From contig JAQGDQ010000180.1 in the NCBI GenBank assembly GCA_030141605.1, forward strand, positions 248,001-312,000: 64,000 bases of DNA. Direction: 5' to 3'. Source of the stretch: Tubiluchus corallicola. Taxonomy: Eukaryota > Animalia > Priapulida. The notes beneath the pieces are model-generated. The model saw only the letters and a program-made list of their open reading frames with translations. It searched no databases and was not told the origin of the DNA. The position numbers and the translations under genes are program-made. This document shows, one piece after another, positions 52,691-64,000 of the stretch; the stretch's first letter is position 1; each line of letters begins with the position of its first letter.

Positions 52691-53864
52691 AGTTTAGCAA
52701 ATCAAACTGCAAAGAATTCATTTTGGCAGTCACAAATCCTTTTGATAACCAAATCTAGTGTTGCGTGGCTTCAGCTCGTAAAGAAAGACGAAATTTTGAA
52801 TAAAAATTTGATACAGGGGGAGAAGCACTGAATGTCCGAGGTTCCTAAATTACCCTTTCTTTAGTAACCAATGCCGAAAAGCGTGAGTAAAAAAGAGATA
52901 CGTATTTATATGCAAAACACCGTACTTAAATTGCTATAAAAAGAGAAACAGTGAATTGCAATAGTAAGATATACATTCTACAATATTTACATACACAAAC
53001 AACATTAGCAACAGTACAACAAACAAACAATATTAAACAGCGCAATCATCTATGTAAATTAATTAAGATAATCAATAATTAAGCCGTGGATAATGTGAGT
53101 GTTCTCTACGACACAGTATTTACACATTACCAATGAGTTAGTTTAACAGAAGTTTTTCATAACATTCGATATTCATTATATCTAAAAATAGGTTAGGTAC
53201 AAGTTTAAGATGTACAAGTAAACGTACGCCGTGTTACCTTTACAAGGTCAAAACTACCTATGAATGCGGCTTTCGACAAGTGTTTGAAATCGCGACCGTT
53301 TTACATTTGTAGCATTCCGCGACGCAATTACTGAGTACGCACAGGTATGCTCAGGTATACCCCTCGCCAAGAATAATGTAAGAATCTCAGCTAGTTTTAA
53401 TAAACTACGCTTAGCCGTTGATAATCCACTTATTAACGAGGCAGACAGGCTGCAAAGTTAATTATGTTACTCATTTGTTTACTGATTAGCGATTGCCTCG
53501 TAGCCTGGTCGATTTCTGGACATTCTGCGATGTGATTAATGTTTCTTTGCAATGAAAGAGGTGACATTGACAGAGTTCGAGGTGAGCTATTATACGTCTT
53601 AACTCTTAGGAGACAGCGAATCAAATGTATGCTGATAAAAGTTAATCACCAGAGAGAAAAACTGCCTCGTATTGTGTGGTTTCATTGTTGCATAATTATT
53701 AGGCAGAAAACGTGATGAATATTAGTGACGTCCTTAATGGTAAGTATGGCTTCTTTGTCGACAGTGGTGCGTTTAGGAATCTTAGAAGAGGTAAAGAGAG
53801 TTAATGTGAGACAATGAGGTCCTTCAGAACCCCAGGGACACTCGTCATAGAGCTACAGTATCTG

Positions 53865-54630
53865 AAATGGCACAGGAAAAAATGGTGCAATTAGAAAAGT
53901 AGGTAAAAATGGCACAGGAAAAATGGTACAAATGGATAAGTAGGTAAAAATGGCACAGGAAAAATGGTACAAATGGAAAAGTAGGTAAAAATGGCACAAG
54001 GAAAATGGTACAAATGGAAAAGTAGGTAAAAATGGCACATGAAAAATGGTACAAATGGAAAAGTAGGTAAAAATGGCACAGGAAAATGGTACAAATGGAA
54101 AAGTAGGTAAAAATGGCACAGGGAAAAATGGTGCAATTGGAAAAGTAGGTAAAATGGCACAGAAAAAATTGTACAAATGGAAAGGTAGGTAAAATGGCAC
54201 AGGAAAATGGAAAAGTAGGTAAAAATAACACAGGAAAAATGGTACAAATGTAAAAGTAGGTAAAAATGGCACAGGAAAAAATGGTACAATTGGAAAAGTA
54301 GGTAAAAATAACACAGGAAAAATGGTACAAATGGAAAACTAGGTAAAAATGGCACAGGAAAAAATTGTACAAATGGAAAAGTAGGTAAAAATGGCACAGA
54401 AAAAATGGTACAAATGTAAAAGTAGGTAAAAATGGCACAGGAAAAAATGGTATAATTGGAAAAGTAGGTAAAAATGGCACAGGAAAAGATGGTACAATTA
54501 GAAAAGTATGAAAAAACGGCACACATGTTATTTAGACAAGTGTGCCGTTTTTTCACACTTTTCTATTTGTGACATGTTTTCTGTGCTATTTTTACCGTGC
54601 CATTTTTACAGGTGCCATTTTACCGTATCG
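53865..54630. repeat. About 40-bp AAAAATGGCAC-based array with an inverted distal arm (foldback/MULE-like)
   Basis: About 16 units aaaagtaggtaaaaatggcacaggaaaaatggtacaaatgg, then gtgccattttt motifs at 54540-54625. Confidence 0.85.
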
Positions 54631-54929
54631 TAAAATGCCCGCGTGCTACCTAGCGTGATAGCGTGAATATTGTTTAGGATATCGTAATGATTTTCAACAG
54701 CATAGATCGCTTGCTTTCAACATTATAAATTCACTATAAATTAATACTGCAGTGTAGTTCGTAGTCAGGTATTTTGTAACTAGTTTAATCTACAACCAAA
54801 GAGAGAAGTTGGTAATTTAGCATTTATTTGCACACGCCGGCTTCTTTTTTCTAACTCACAGTGGCTTATTATACATAGAATAATGGTCTCATTGGACAAT
54901 ATGGTTATAGAAACAGGTCGCTGGGCAAA

Positions 54930-55315
54930 TGTACACAACCTGCGCTCACGCGACACACAACCTGCGCTCACGAGGTACACAACCTGCTCACGAGGTACAC
55001 AACCTGCTCACGAGGTACACGACCTGCTCTCACGAGGTACACAACCTGCTCACGAGGTACACGACCTGCTCTCACGAGGTACACGACCTGCTCTCACGAG
55101 GTACACGACCTGCTCTCACGAGGTACACAACCTGCGTTCGCGGGTTGCAGGTTGTGTGCCTCGCGAGCGCAGGTCATGTACCACGCAAACGCAGGTCGTG
55201 TACCTTGCGAGCGCAGGTCGTGTACTCGCGAACGCAGGTCGTGTACCTCGTGAGCCCAGGTTGCGTACCTCGTGAGCCCAGCTTGCGTACCTCGTGAGAG
55301 CAGGTTGTGTACTTG
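54930..55315. repeat. Palindromic minisatellite: 19-21-bp units in two inverted arms
   Basis: cacgaggtacac(a/g)acctgct units up to about 55135, then gcaggtcgtgtacctcgtg units. Confidence 0.9.
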
Positions 55316-55759
55316 TGGAGAAATGCAGAGAGAGCACTTTTTGTGCGAGTGCCCTGCACTGTATGCACTAAATTACAGCAACATTGCAAATTTATTCGAT
55401 GGAGAACTATTCTCAACTGGAAATTTCATTTATGATTGTATGCGTAGATTTTGAGCTAAATAGTATATGTTTTTGTTAGCTGACATATAGTTCGATCATT
55501 TATGACTATCATATAATTGAAAATGTTTATACAAATGTGTACAAATGTTTAATTACTAGCTGCTTTCGATTCAGAGATTTTCTAACCAAATTTGTATAAC
55601 TGTGTATATACTTTGTGCAACTATGTTGGGTCGAATGGTTACTATCACCTGAAAATCAATCAAATCATAACCCGAGCTCTGCCCGCTGGTGAACCACCGG
55701 GTACATGATTTTGTAAATTTTCGTGTAAAAATTTGATTTTTAGAAATGAACTATCATTC

Positions 55760-56095
55760 TACCTACCTATTTATCTACCTACCTACCTACCTACCTACCT
55801 ACCTGCCTGCCTGCCTGCCTGCCTACCTACCTACCTACCTATCTACTTACCTACCTATCTACCTACCTACCTGCCTGCCTACCTACCTATTTATCTACCT
55901 ACTTACCTACCTACCTACTTACCTATCTATCTACCTACCTACCTGCCTGCCTGCCTGCCTGCCTACCTACCTACCTACCTACCTATCTACTTACCTACCT
56001 ATCTACCTACCTGCCTGCCTACCTACCTACCTACCTATCTACTTACCTACCTATCTACCTACCTACCTGCCTGCCTGCCTACCTACCTACCTCTA

Positions 56096-56126
<31 letters not shown>

Positions 56127-56127
56127 G

Positions 56128-56216
<89 letters not shown>
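55760..56216. repeat. Compound tetranucleotide array (TACC/TGCC/TGTC/TATC)
   Basis: Seen directly. Confidence 0.97.
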
Positions 56217-56304
56217 ACATCGTCTGTTGCAGACATAAGCGCAGCTCGCGGCGATACATCACATTACAATATTAATGTTTTAGCATATATATATGTGTGT
56301 GTAT

Positions 56305-56348
<44 letters not shown>

Positions 56349-56619
56349 TCTGTATATATATGGTCTATATATACATGTATACGCTGATATATTAATGATA
56401 CAATATTAAATACATGTATAGCTAATACAATGTTACCGAGATTGTGAAAAATTCTGATTAGAAAAGTACATCTGCCGCTATTAAAATTATTACGCAATAT
56501 GTTAAATCGCTCATTAATCTGGAGCTGATGTTTATCATCAAACATTTGCGTCCATGTGAACACATCTAGGCTTAGTTTGTATTTGTAAGCATATACTTCT
56601 ATATTAGTGTTTATATTAA

Positions 56620-56832
56620 TAGAACAATTCATATTTGTAAAAGTGCAGTGCCAGGATATGCTAACGCCTTCCGCCTGCTGTAAACGCAAGAGCAAAGCAA
56701 AAAATATCTTCAAGTTTAAATCAATCAGTGTGTGTGTGTGCGCGCGCGCGTGCGTGCGTGTGTGTGTGAGGGTGTGTGTGTGTTAGGGTGTGCATGCATG
56801 TGTGAGGGTGTTTGTGTGCATGTGTGTGTGTG

Positions 56833-56864
<32 letters not shown>

Positions 56865-56892
56865 TGCGCGCGTGTGTGTGTGTGTGTGCGTG
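56620..56892 (-). mobile_element. Second copy of the (CA)-arm interspersed repeat
   Basis: Reverse complement of about 25130-25410. Confidence 0.7.
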
Positions 56893-57809
56893 TATGTATA
56901 CTAAATTAAGTTAAACTTTGCCTGCATCTAGAGGTCCATTTATGTATATGCATTTTATAGTAATTGTTTTATTTGTATAATTATAGCGTCATTATATTTC
57001 GTAATTGATGTCTAGTTTTTTTTTTGTATAATTCAAAATTGATATTGTATGATGTCTTGGTTGTATTTTTGACACTAATAAATAAATATCTAAATAAGTA
57101 TGTAAACACGTAGTTTAAAATACAAGAATAATCATCACAATTTTTACAGCCTTTCGTATAAACAGTAATTACAGTACAGTCTGTGAGAGCTTTTGAACGC
57201 ATTGATTGACTAGTATATTTTCAGCAACCTTGTAACCAAACCACAATAACGGATCTGAATCAAATCAGTCATATCAGTCACTTCGTTAAACCTAATTACA
57301 TGCAGACATAATCAGTGAATCGTTTTTGATTTTGTTATCTGAAACATTGCGCGGGTGTCTGTTTAAAAGGGTGACGACGAACTTGTCAGAAGGTTTAAGA
57401 AAATAATAATTACCCACAATTGCTCTACACGACCGATTAGCGCAGTTTTGTCGAAAATTGTAGTGGATTTTCTACGTGAGCGTTTATCTCGAAAACTGTT
57501 GGCAGTGGAAATCGTGATGTAGTAGTGGCGCACCGCATCAGCACTGCAAAAGTCAAGTCATAGCTTTTTATTTTTGCCTTCGCTAATGTGTTCTGATTTT
57601 AAAAAAATCGTTAAAGGTTTCTTAGTGTGATCGTAATTTATATTCACCTTCTATAGACAGTGAAAGCAATAAAAAGCTGAAAACATTTACAAAGCAATCA
57701 GAGAAGAAATCAGATCATTTTCGTAGAAGTAAAAGACTAAAGACTAAATTTGGTCGACGTACGATCAAAACGGGTCCTGACACACAGCAGTAAAAAGAAG
57801 TGGAACTAA

Positions 57810-57918
57810 CCAGAGAAGCCAGAGAGATACGTAGACATGACAGGCACAGAGAGAAAGAAAGGAAAAGAGCACGTGAAGAGGGAGAGAGAGAGGACAGAGG
57901 GTGAATGTAAGAGAAGGG

Positions 57919-57981
<63 letters not shown>

Positions 57982-58104
57982 CAGAGGGTGAGTGCTAGAA
58001 AAAAGGGAAAGAGGACAGAAAGAACAAGAGAGAGAGAGAGAAAGAGAGAAAGACAGAGGGTGAACACAAGAAAAAAGAAAGAAGAGAAAAAGAGCGAGAC
58101 AGAA

Positions 58105-58144
<40 letters not shown>

Positions 58145-58145
58145 A
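57810..58145. repeat. (GA)n-rich polypurine tract
   Basis: Seen directly. Confidence 0.93.
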
Positions 58146-58399
58146 CCAAAAGCACAAATAAAGAAATAAATAAAGGTGGGTTTCACAAATAGAATTCACC
58201 TAATTCATAAATATACCAAGAAGCATGTATAGGTATCGCAACCTGATGTGGGCTTATGTTATTCATCAATAGCCATAATGGCACCTATAATGGCATCAAT
58301 AGCCATAAGTTGCCTAAGCGAAAATAAGAAAAGCAAAAATTATAGAACAGATGCGACTGCTGTTGCAATAATAAACCCTATGGGGTCGTAGGCGACATT

Positions 58400-58570
58400 A
58401 GTTCCTAATGTCAATATCCTTGCACACTGTCAGGAAAAGGAATGATACTCGTTGCGAGACGGTTTTCCTCAAGGTTCGGTAACAGTTCCTACTTTGTTTC
58501 TGCTTTTCATTAGTGATCATCTAGATTCTACGCTCACTGTCTGTGCTGATTATGCTAGTCTCTGTAGTTC
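58400..58570 (+). mobile_element. Decayed LINE RT core fragment
   Basis: DGFPQGSVTVPTLFLLFISD at about 58458 matches the GVPQGS..GP.LF..FIND motif. Confidence 0.65.
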
Positions 58571-58777
58571 TTCCACAATGCCCTGTTCATAGGGAAATAG
58601 TTTTATATGTTACAAATGTGGCAACAAAAATATTTTTCAAAAGAGAACATTGAATGAAGTGTGACGCCTGTTCGAAAGTATTTAATTTCTCCTACAATTC
58701 TCTGTGTTTAGAAATCAACTATCCGACTTTACGTGACGTACTATAGCCACATGCCGCTAGGTTTTTAGCTTGTTACC

Positions 58778-59200
58778 TTAAAGGAAAGGTCAAGTGTTCT
58801 TGGAAGTTATTCTTATTTTTATGTTCGGAAAAAATGTAACAAAGATTTAGTAACAAAAGATTAATAAGCGTTACGATTAATTAGTAAAATCACTTTAAAG
58901 CCGCGATCACTTCATGTTTGGGCGCTCCCATTTTCAAAGCCCATTGTTCTTCCAATGACGTCATTCGTGTTGAAAAAAGGAGCTCACTGTCAATCTTTCA
59001 TCAAAAGTATAACAAGTTTTTACAAAAAAAGCTAATTTTATCATGTTTTTGCATGAACCTCACGTAAGCTGCAGAAGTTTGAATTAGTTTAAGCAGGACG
59101 TGCTTAAGGCAGTTCTTTGCAAATTTCTTTGTTATCAGTTTCTAAGTTTAAGTGATAACAGTAAAATAAATCCATCATACTGAGTGACTTGTCCTTTAGC
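58778..59200 (+). mobile_element. MITE family D with both termini
   Basis: TTAA-AGGAAAGGTCA ... TGACTTGTCCT-TTAG imperfect TIR. Confidence 0.8.
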
Positions 59201-59572
59201 TTAACTATATTAATAGATCGTAAAACCATATTGAAACATATTATTAATGTTTTCGTGGTCTCATTTGAGCTTGTCGAAGGATTTTTGCTACATTGAGTCT
59301 GTTCATCGGGATTTTCATTTTTTTAAGTAAGATGCTTTCAAGCTTTCATGGTTCTCTCGTCTTTGGGTGATTTGTTCCGGAAGGTGGACATTTGCTAGAA
59401 ATACTGGTCCTGAAGTTGTTCTGCTTGCACATGTTTTTACCTAAATGCAGATCAGCTGTTCATAAATTTCTCGAGAATCTTACCAGAATATTTTTAACGT
59501 TAACCACAATCTAATATGTTTTGAAAAGAACATAAACAGAAAAGTTCCTTTCATTATGAAATTAGTTACGAG

Positions 59573-59954
59573 AATAAGTCATTTTACAGTTTCGTTGTGC
59601 GCACGCGCAGTTGCTGAAGTTCAAAAGTTAAGTGCACCACAGCAACGCGTCTTAACAACAACCGTGACGTGACACGCGGGTAAAGCAAAGACGGTTGCTA
59701 CGTCAGTTGTTTTACGTGTACTTTACTTAGTTATGCATTAGTCTGTGCATAGAATGATTTACTAGCAGGATCTTGCTTGAGAACAAGGAAAAATAAACTA
59801 GGTAAGATTCTACCTAGCTGTTAAAACTGTTACTATTACAATAGCACGGGCTGCGAGGCGTTGTCAAGTGTACACAAATGAGTTGTCTGGTACACTTAAC
59901 CTTTGACCTTTTCACGATCATTATCAATCGCTGGAACTGCGAAAAGGACTTATT
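59573..59954. mobile_element. MITE family C
   Basis: aataagtcattttacagtt ... aactgcgaaaaggacttatt. Confidence 0.8.
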
Positions 59955-60349
59955 GTCGTATTTACACCTTCGAACTGGAGCATACATTGAAATACCCACA
60001 GATTTTTAGCACAAAAAATAACGCGAAGAAACAATGCGAGAACAATGAGATAGACCACGTGACACGCACGATCTCTAGTGGATCGTTGCCTAAGATTTAA
60101 GGTTTTATTTTAAACGTATTGACTGCATGTCAGAATCTTGTAGCCTGTATTTAATCCAGTTTTGAACTAATGCAATATTTTTCTCTGTAACAGGATCGTG
60201 ACATCACGTTTGACGTCAAAGCCTAGCGTTCGCGGAGGGCTTAAAACAATAAAGCCAAAAAGTTAAAATAAAAGAAGCCAAATTAAGCTATATAAACGTG
60301 CTCTAATACCACCCAAAAACTTTTCATGATAAGAACTACGAAGAGACCT

Positions 60350-60740
60350 GGGAACTGATAAGATGGATTCTGTAAGAATACACTGCACATACGTTAGACC
60401 TCATCGAGAATTATATGTACCAGTTAAACAGATTGCCATTCGTCGATCTCAAGCAAAATTGGCCAATGAAATAGAAAATGTTCAAATAAGAGTTTGCAAA
60501 TTTATCTTAGACCCAAGGTATACTAGCTACGATGACGTGCTCAAGTCTCTGAATTTGAAAAAAGTTTCGAAAGGCGCGTTGACGTTTTAAAGCTCGCGCT
60601 TAAAACGAAAAAAGACACTGTCATTTATTACCTGTTCGTTTACGCTCGATGCAATTTAGAAAAAGGAAAACCTTGTTTGTAGATACGTGAAAAACAAACC
60701 GAATGTTTTGTTCACCTATACCCTATATGAAAAGACTTTT
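60350..60740 (+). mobile_element. Decayed LINE ORF2 C-terminal fragment
   Basis: YVRPHRELYVPV...IENVQIRVCKFIL..RYTSYDDVLKSLNL resembles Y..VRP.LEY..PVW...IE.VQ.RA...SY...L..L. Confidence 0.7.
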
Positions 60741-60764
60741 AAGTGATAGAAATCTGATCTTGGC

Positions 60765-61372
<608 letters not shown>

Positions 61373-62008
61373 TGGATTCTTTCAGTTTTTATTTAATTTT
61401 TTAAATACTTGTTTAGTGTGTTTATTGTGTATTTTTTACCAGTAGGTTGTATTAGTTTTTCTCACTGTATGATCTTAGTATATTTTTTAATCATTTTATT
61501 GTCTACAGCTAATGTCTATAAATGTAATCTTATTCATTTTTTAACTGCAACTTTCGTTTACGTATCCGTCCGTCTCTATCTATCAGAGCTTATACGACAG
61601 AACAGTATGAATCGAGTGTAAAAGCAATTTTAGTGTGAGTGGACCTATAGAGCTTCACTGTGAATAACACGATGATCCAAGTACAGTGCAAATAAGTTGT
61701 CCCGTAATATGCTTGACGTGGCGTTTATGCAACATGCGGATGGCGGATGCGTTTTGGGGGTGCGGAATAGATACAATTGGTTTATATTGTTTTCAATGCA
61801 CAAGTTTATGTAGCATGCGTTGCGTTATTGTTTTTCTGCAGCTGTTTCCTATGGCTTTTTTCCGCAGGCTTTTTCGCAGCTCTTCCGCAAATGGAAAACG
61901 CATCCGCATCCACATCGGATTGTGGGCGACCGTATCAGAGTTTAGGGGGAATCAGCAATCTACTATAGAGTGACTAGGCAAACTACGTTTGATATGAAGA
62001 CCCCAAGT

Positions 62009-62715
62009 CAGTGGTTCCTAACCTTTTACTATCCAAGTCCCTTTCGAATTCAGCGATCTACCGCGCGCCTCTCATCATTTCTTAGTAATATGAGCTTCTA
62101 GAAAACATTTTTTACTACTGTGATTTAACTATACAAGCGTGAATAAATTATGCAAGCAAAACCGATAAACGAAACATCAAATTCAAGAACAAAATACAAA
62201 AAAAGACGATCGGATGTCAATTCGGAAGACAAACTTGCAGTCGAACTGTGAAGTAGCCTCAATGACCACCTCGTTGACGCGGGCTTATCCAAAAACCGCC
62301 AACCTCCCGTACGCCCATCCGCAAACGCATTTACTGCGCCAAACGTCTATTTTACTTAATAAATTAATCACGTAATAATGCCAGGCAGTGCGCAGTGAAT
62401 TAAGTGAAAAATGCTGTTGTGTTACAAAAACAAAGACTTTTTTCAAATACAAACAATGACGATGTTTAAGGCTTTAAATCTTGTAGCACACTCTTTCCTC
62501 CCACCAGGAGGCCGTTACTCCCGTAAAATTCGTACTCCGTACTTGTAGTACGCTGTACAGCAAACAAGAACATTCTGACGTGTTACACGACACAACTTTC
62601 GGGCTTAGCTGTTTCGTATCCCCACTCCCTCCCCCTCCCCCGGGGGTTAAGAACCACTGATTTTACGTAATGCTGGAACCCAAGGGGTATTCGTACTCCA
62701 TGTTAGGAACCACTG
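62009..62715 (+). mobile_element. hAT-Charlie-like MITE family G with a duplicated right TIR
   Basis: Starts cagtggttcctaacc; aaccactg ends at 62659 and 62715; degenerate 8-bp flanks ccccaagt/ctcctagt. Confidence 0.8.
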
Positions 62716-63499
62716 CTCCTAGTTAACTGAGTTTAGTGTCACTAGGCTTTGTGTTTTTGTGTGCCAGGCTGTCGCGCCTTCCTTTTCTCTTATGAATAAG
62801 ATGTTTATTGTGACATAACTAATTGAAGTTCTCGTAAATAAGCTATCTGGGTGACTAATCTCTACTATGCGAACGAACTGAATTGTTCGAAGCTTCCACA
62901 AGTCCGCTTACTGTAATCTCAGACAATCCCACGATAAAGACAGTGCTAGTTGTGTTACCGAGTATTTGTAAAGGCGGAACTTAAATCTACAAAAACTGTC
63001 AAAATTGCGTAGCTTAATGAGGATAACCATTATTGTAGAATTAATCGACTTTCAGTGTAATTGTGCGAGGAAGACACGTCCTCTTGAAGGTCGTGACAGG
63101 CAAGACGGGTGTGAAGAGCAAACAAGTTGAACTAAAACTTCACGCGTCGTCTATTGCAAATGCCAATCAAATATTTACGTGACTTGAGTAAACAAAACAA
63201 CCATTAATTTCAACTTCTCTTGCCTTTTTCTTCATAGATGCTAATCGACGATGTCTATCGTTTAGGTAATTGTTATCACTGGATTAAGCTGAGTACTTGC
63301 TTTGATCTATTTGTTCAATACCTCTGTGTGTCGTATCAAATGGGCTCTTAGTTTGACAATAAAACGTCACGGTCAAATGCAGTTTTTCATATTGCAAGCG
63401 GATATTTTCCGATGGACATTTTAATGTTTTTCTACTTCATAATATATATGTTGTTTTTAAATGATTTTGATCTTTATTGATTTTAACTATCATACTGCA

Positions 63500-64000
63500 G
63501 GGCGTCAGAATTTACGAACTATAATCCGCGAGCACAAGAAAACCGTCCACTGACATAAACCACTTATATACTGGCTTTTTGCATACAGGGCTTGCGTCGG
63601 CAGTAAAGCTGTATAAAACATGTAAATTTGAACTCCCGCGATGACCATGACCATTTTGACGATAGGCCATTTGAAACAAGTTTAGGTAACACTGAGAAAA
63701 GTTTGAAAAAATAATTAAAGCACTCCTAGTGCATACGTCACTAACTAAGTAAAATTTTAATTTACTGTATCTTGTCACTAAATTAAAAATACGTTTTTCG
63801 GTTAGTGAGTGGCGCATCCTGGAGGGTGAATCAACGAAATTTTACCACTTGACACCGACATTTTAAATTATTACTTCTAGTTACATAAGTGTTTCCAGTA
63901 GATAAGCGAAATGCCAAGTAATATAGATTTGCACGGAAAGTATTTTGGGACCTAATTTAATATTCCCTTTTCTTCCCCTGATTTACATTGTGCGTATATG
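63500..64000 (-). mobile_element. Family J element running off the window end
   Basis: Reverse-complement homology to 4390-4880 (tttccgtg, catttcgctta, ccactcactaacc, ttttacagc). Confidence 0.6.

Overview
AT-rich eukaryotic (animal-like) genomic DNA, dense in repeats; no prokaryotic gene organisation or CRISPR array. The only host gene I can reconstruct is the 3' part of URB2 (Npa2, ribosome biogenesis factor) on the + strand: eight phase-consistent exons (2562-2705, 5049-5218, 7717-7821, 8111-8206, 14771-14951, 16048-16150, 21803-21914, 28605-28760) ending ...YYKYTGKV*. One of its introns (14952-16047) has clear minor-spliceosome (U12) signals. The rest is transposon-derived. It includes two TSD-flanked copies of a 5S-rRNA-headed SINE, a 5'-truncated CR1/L2-group LINE nested in a pogo-like MITE, and a decayed SGNH-esterase ORF1 carrying a young 60-bp repeat. 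There are also several hAT-, Kolobok- and pogo-like MITE families, a 2-kb satellite built from a MITE terminus with higher-order periodicity, foldback-like arrays and long microsatellites. Weak first-exon and micro-exon candidates for a downstream + strand gene lie at about 33.8, 34.3, 46.4 and 63.2 kb. Family names come from remembered motifs, not database searches. I found no convincing wholly new biological system; the best leads are the U12 intron, the modular 5S SINE and the TE-to-satellite transitions.
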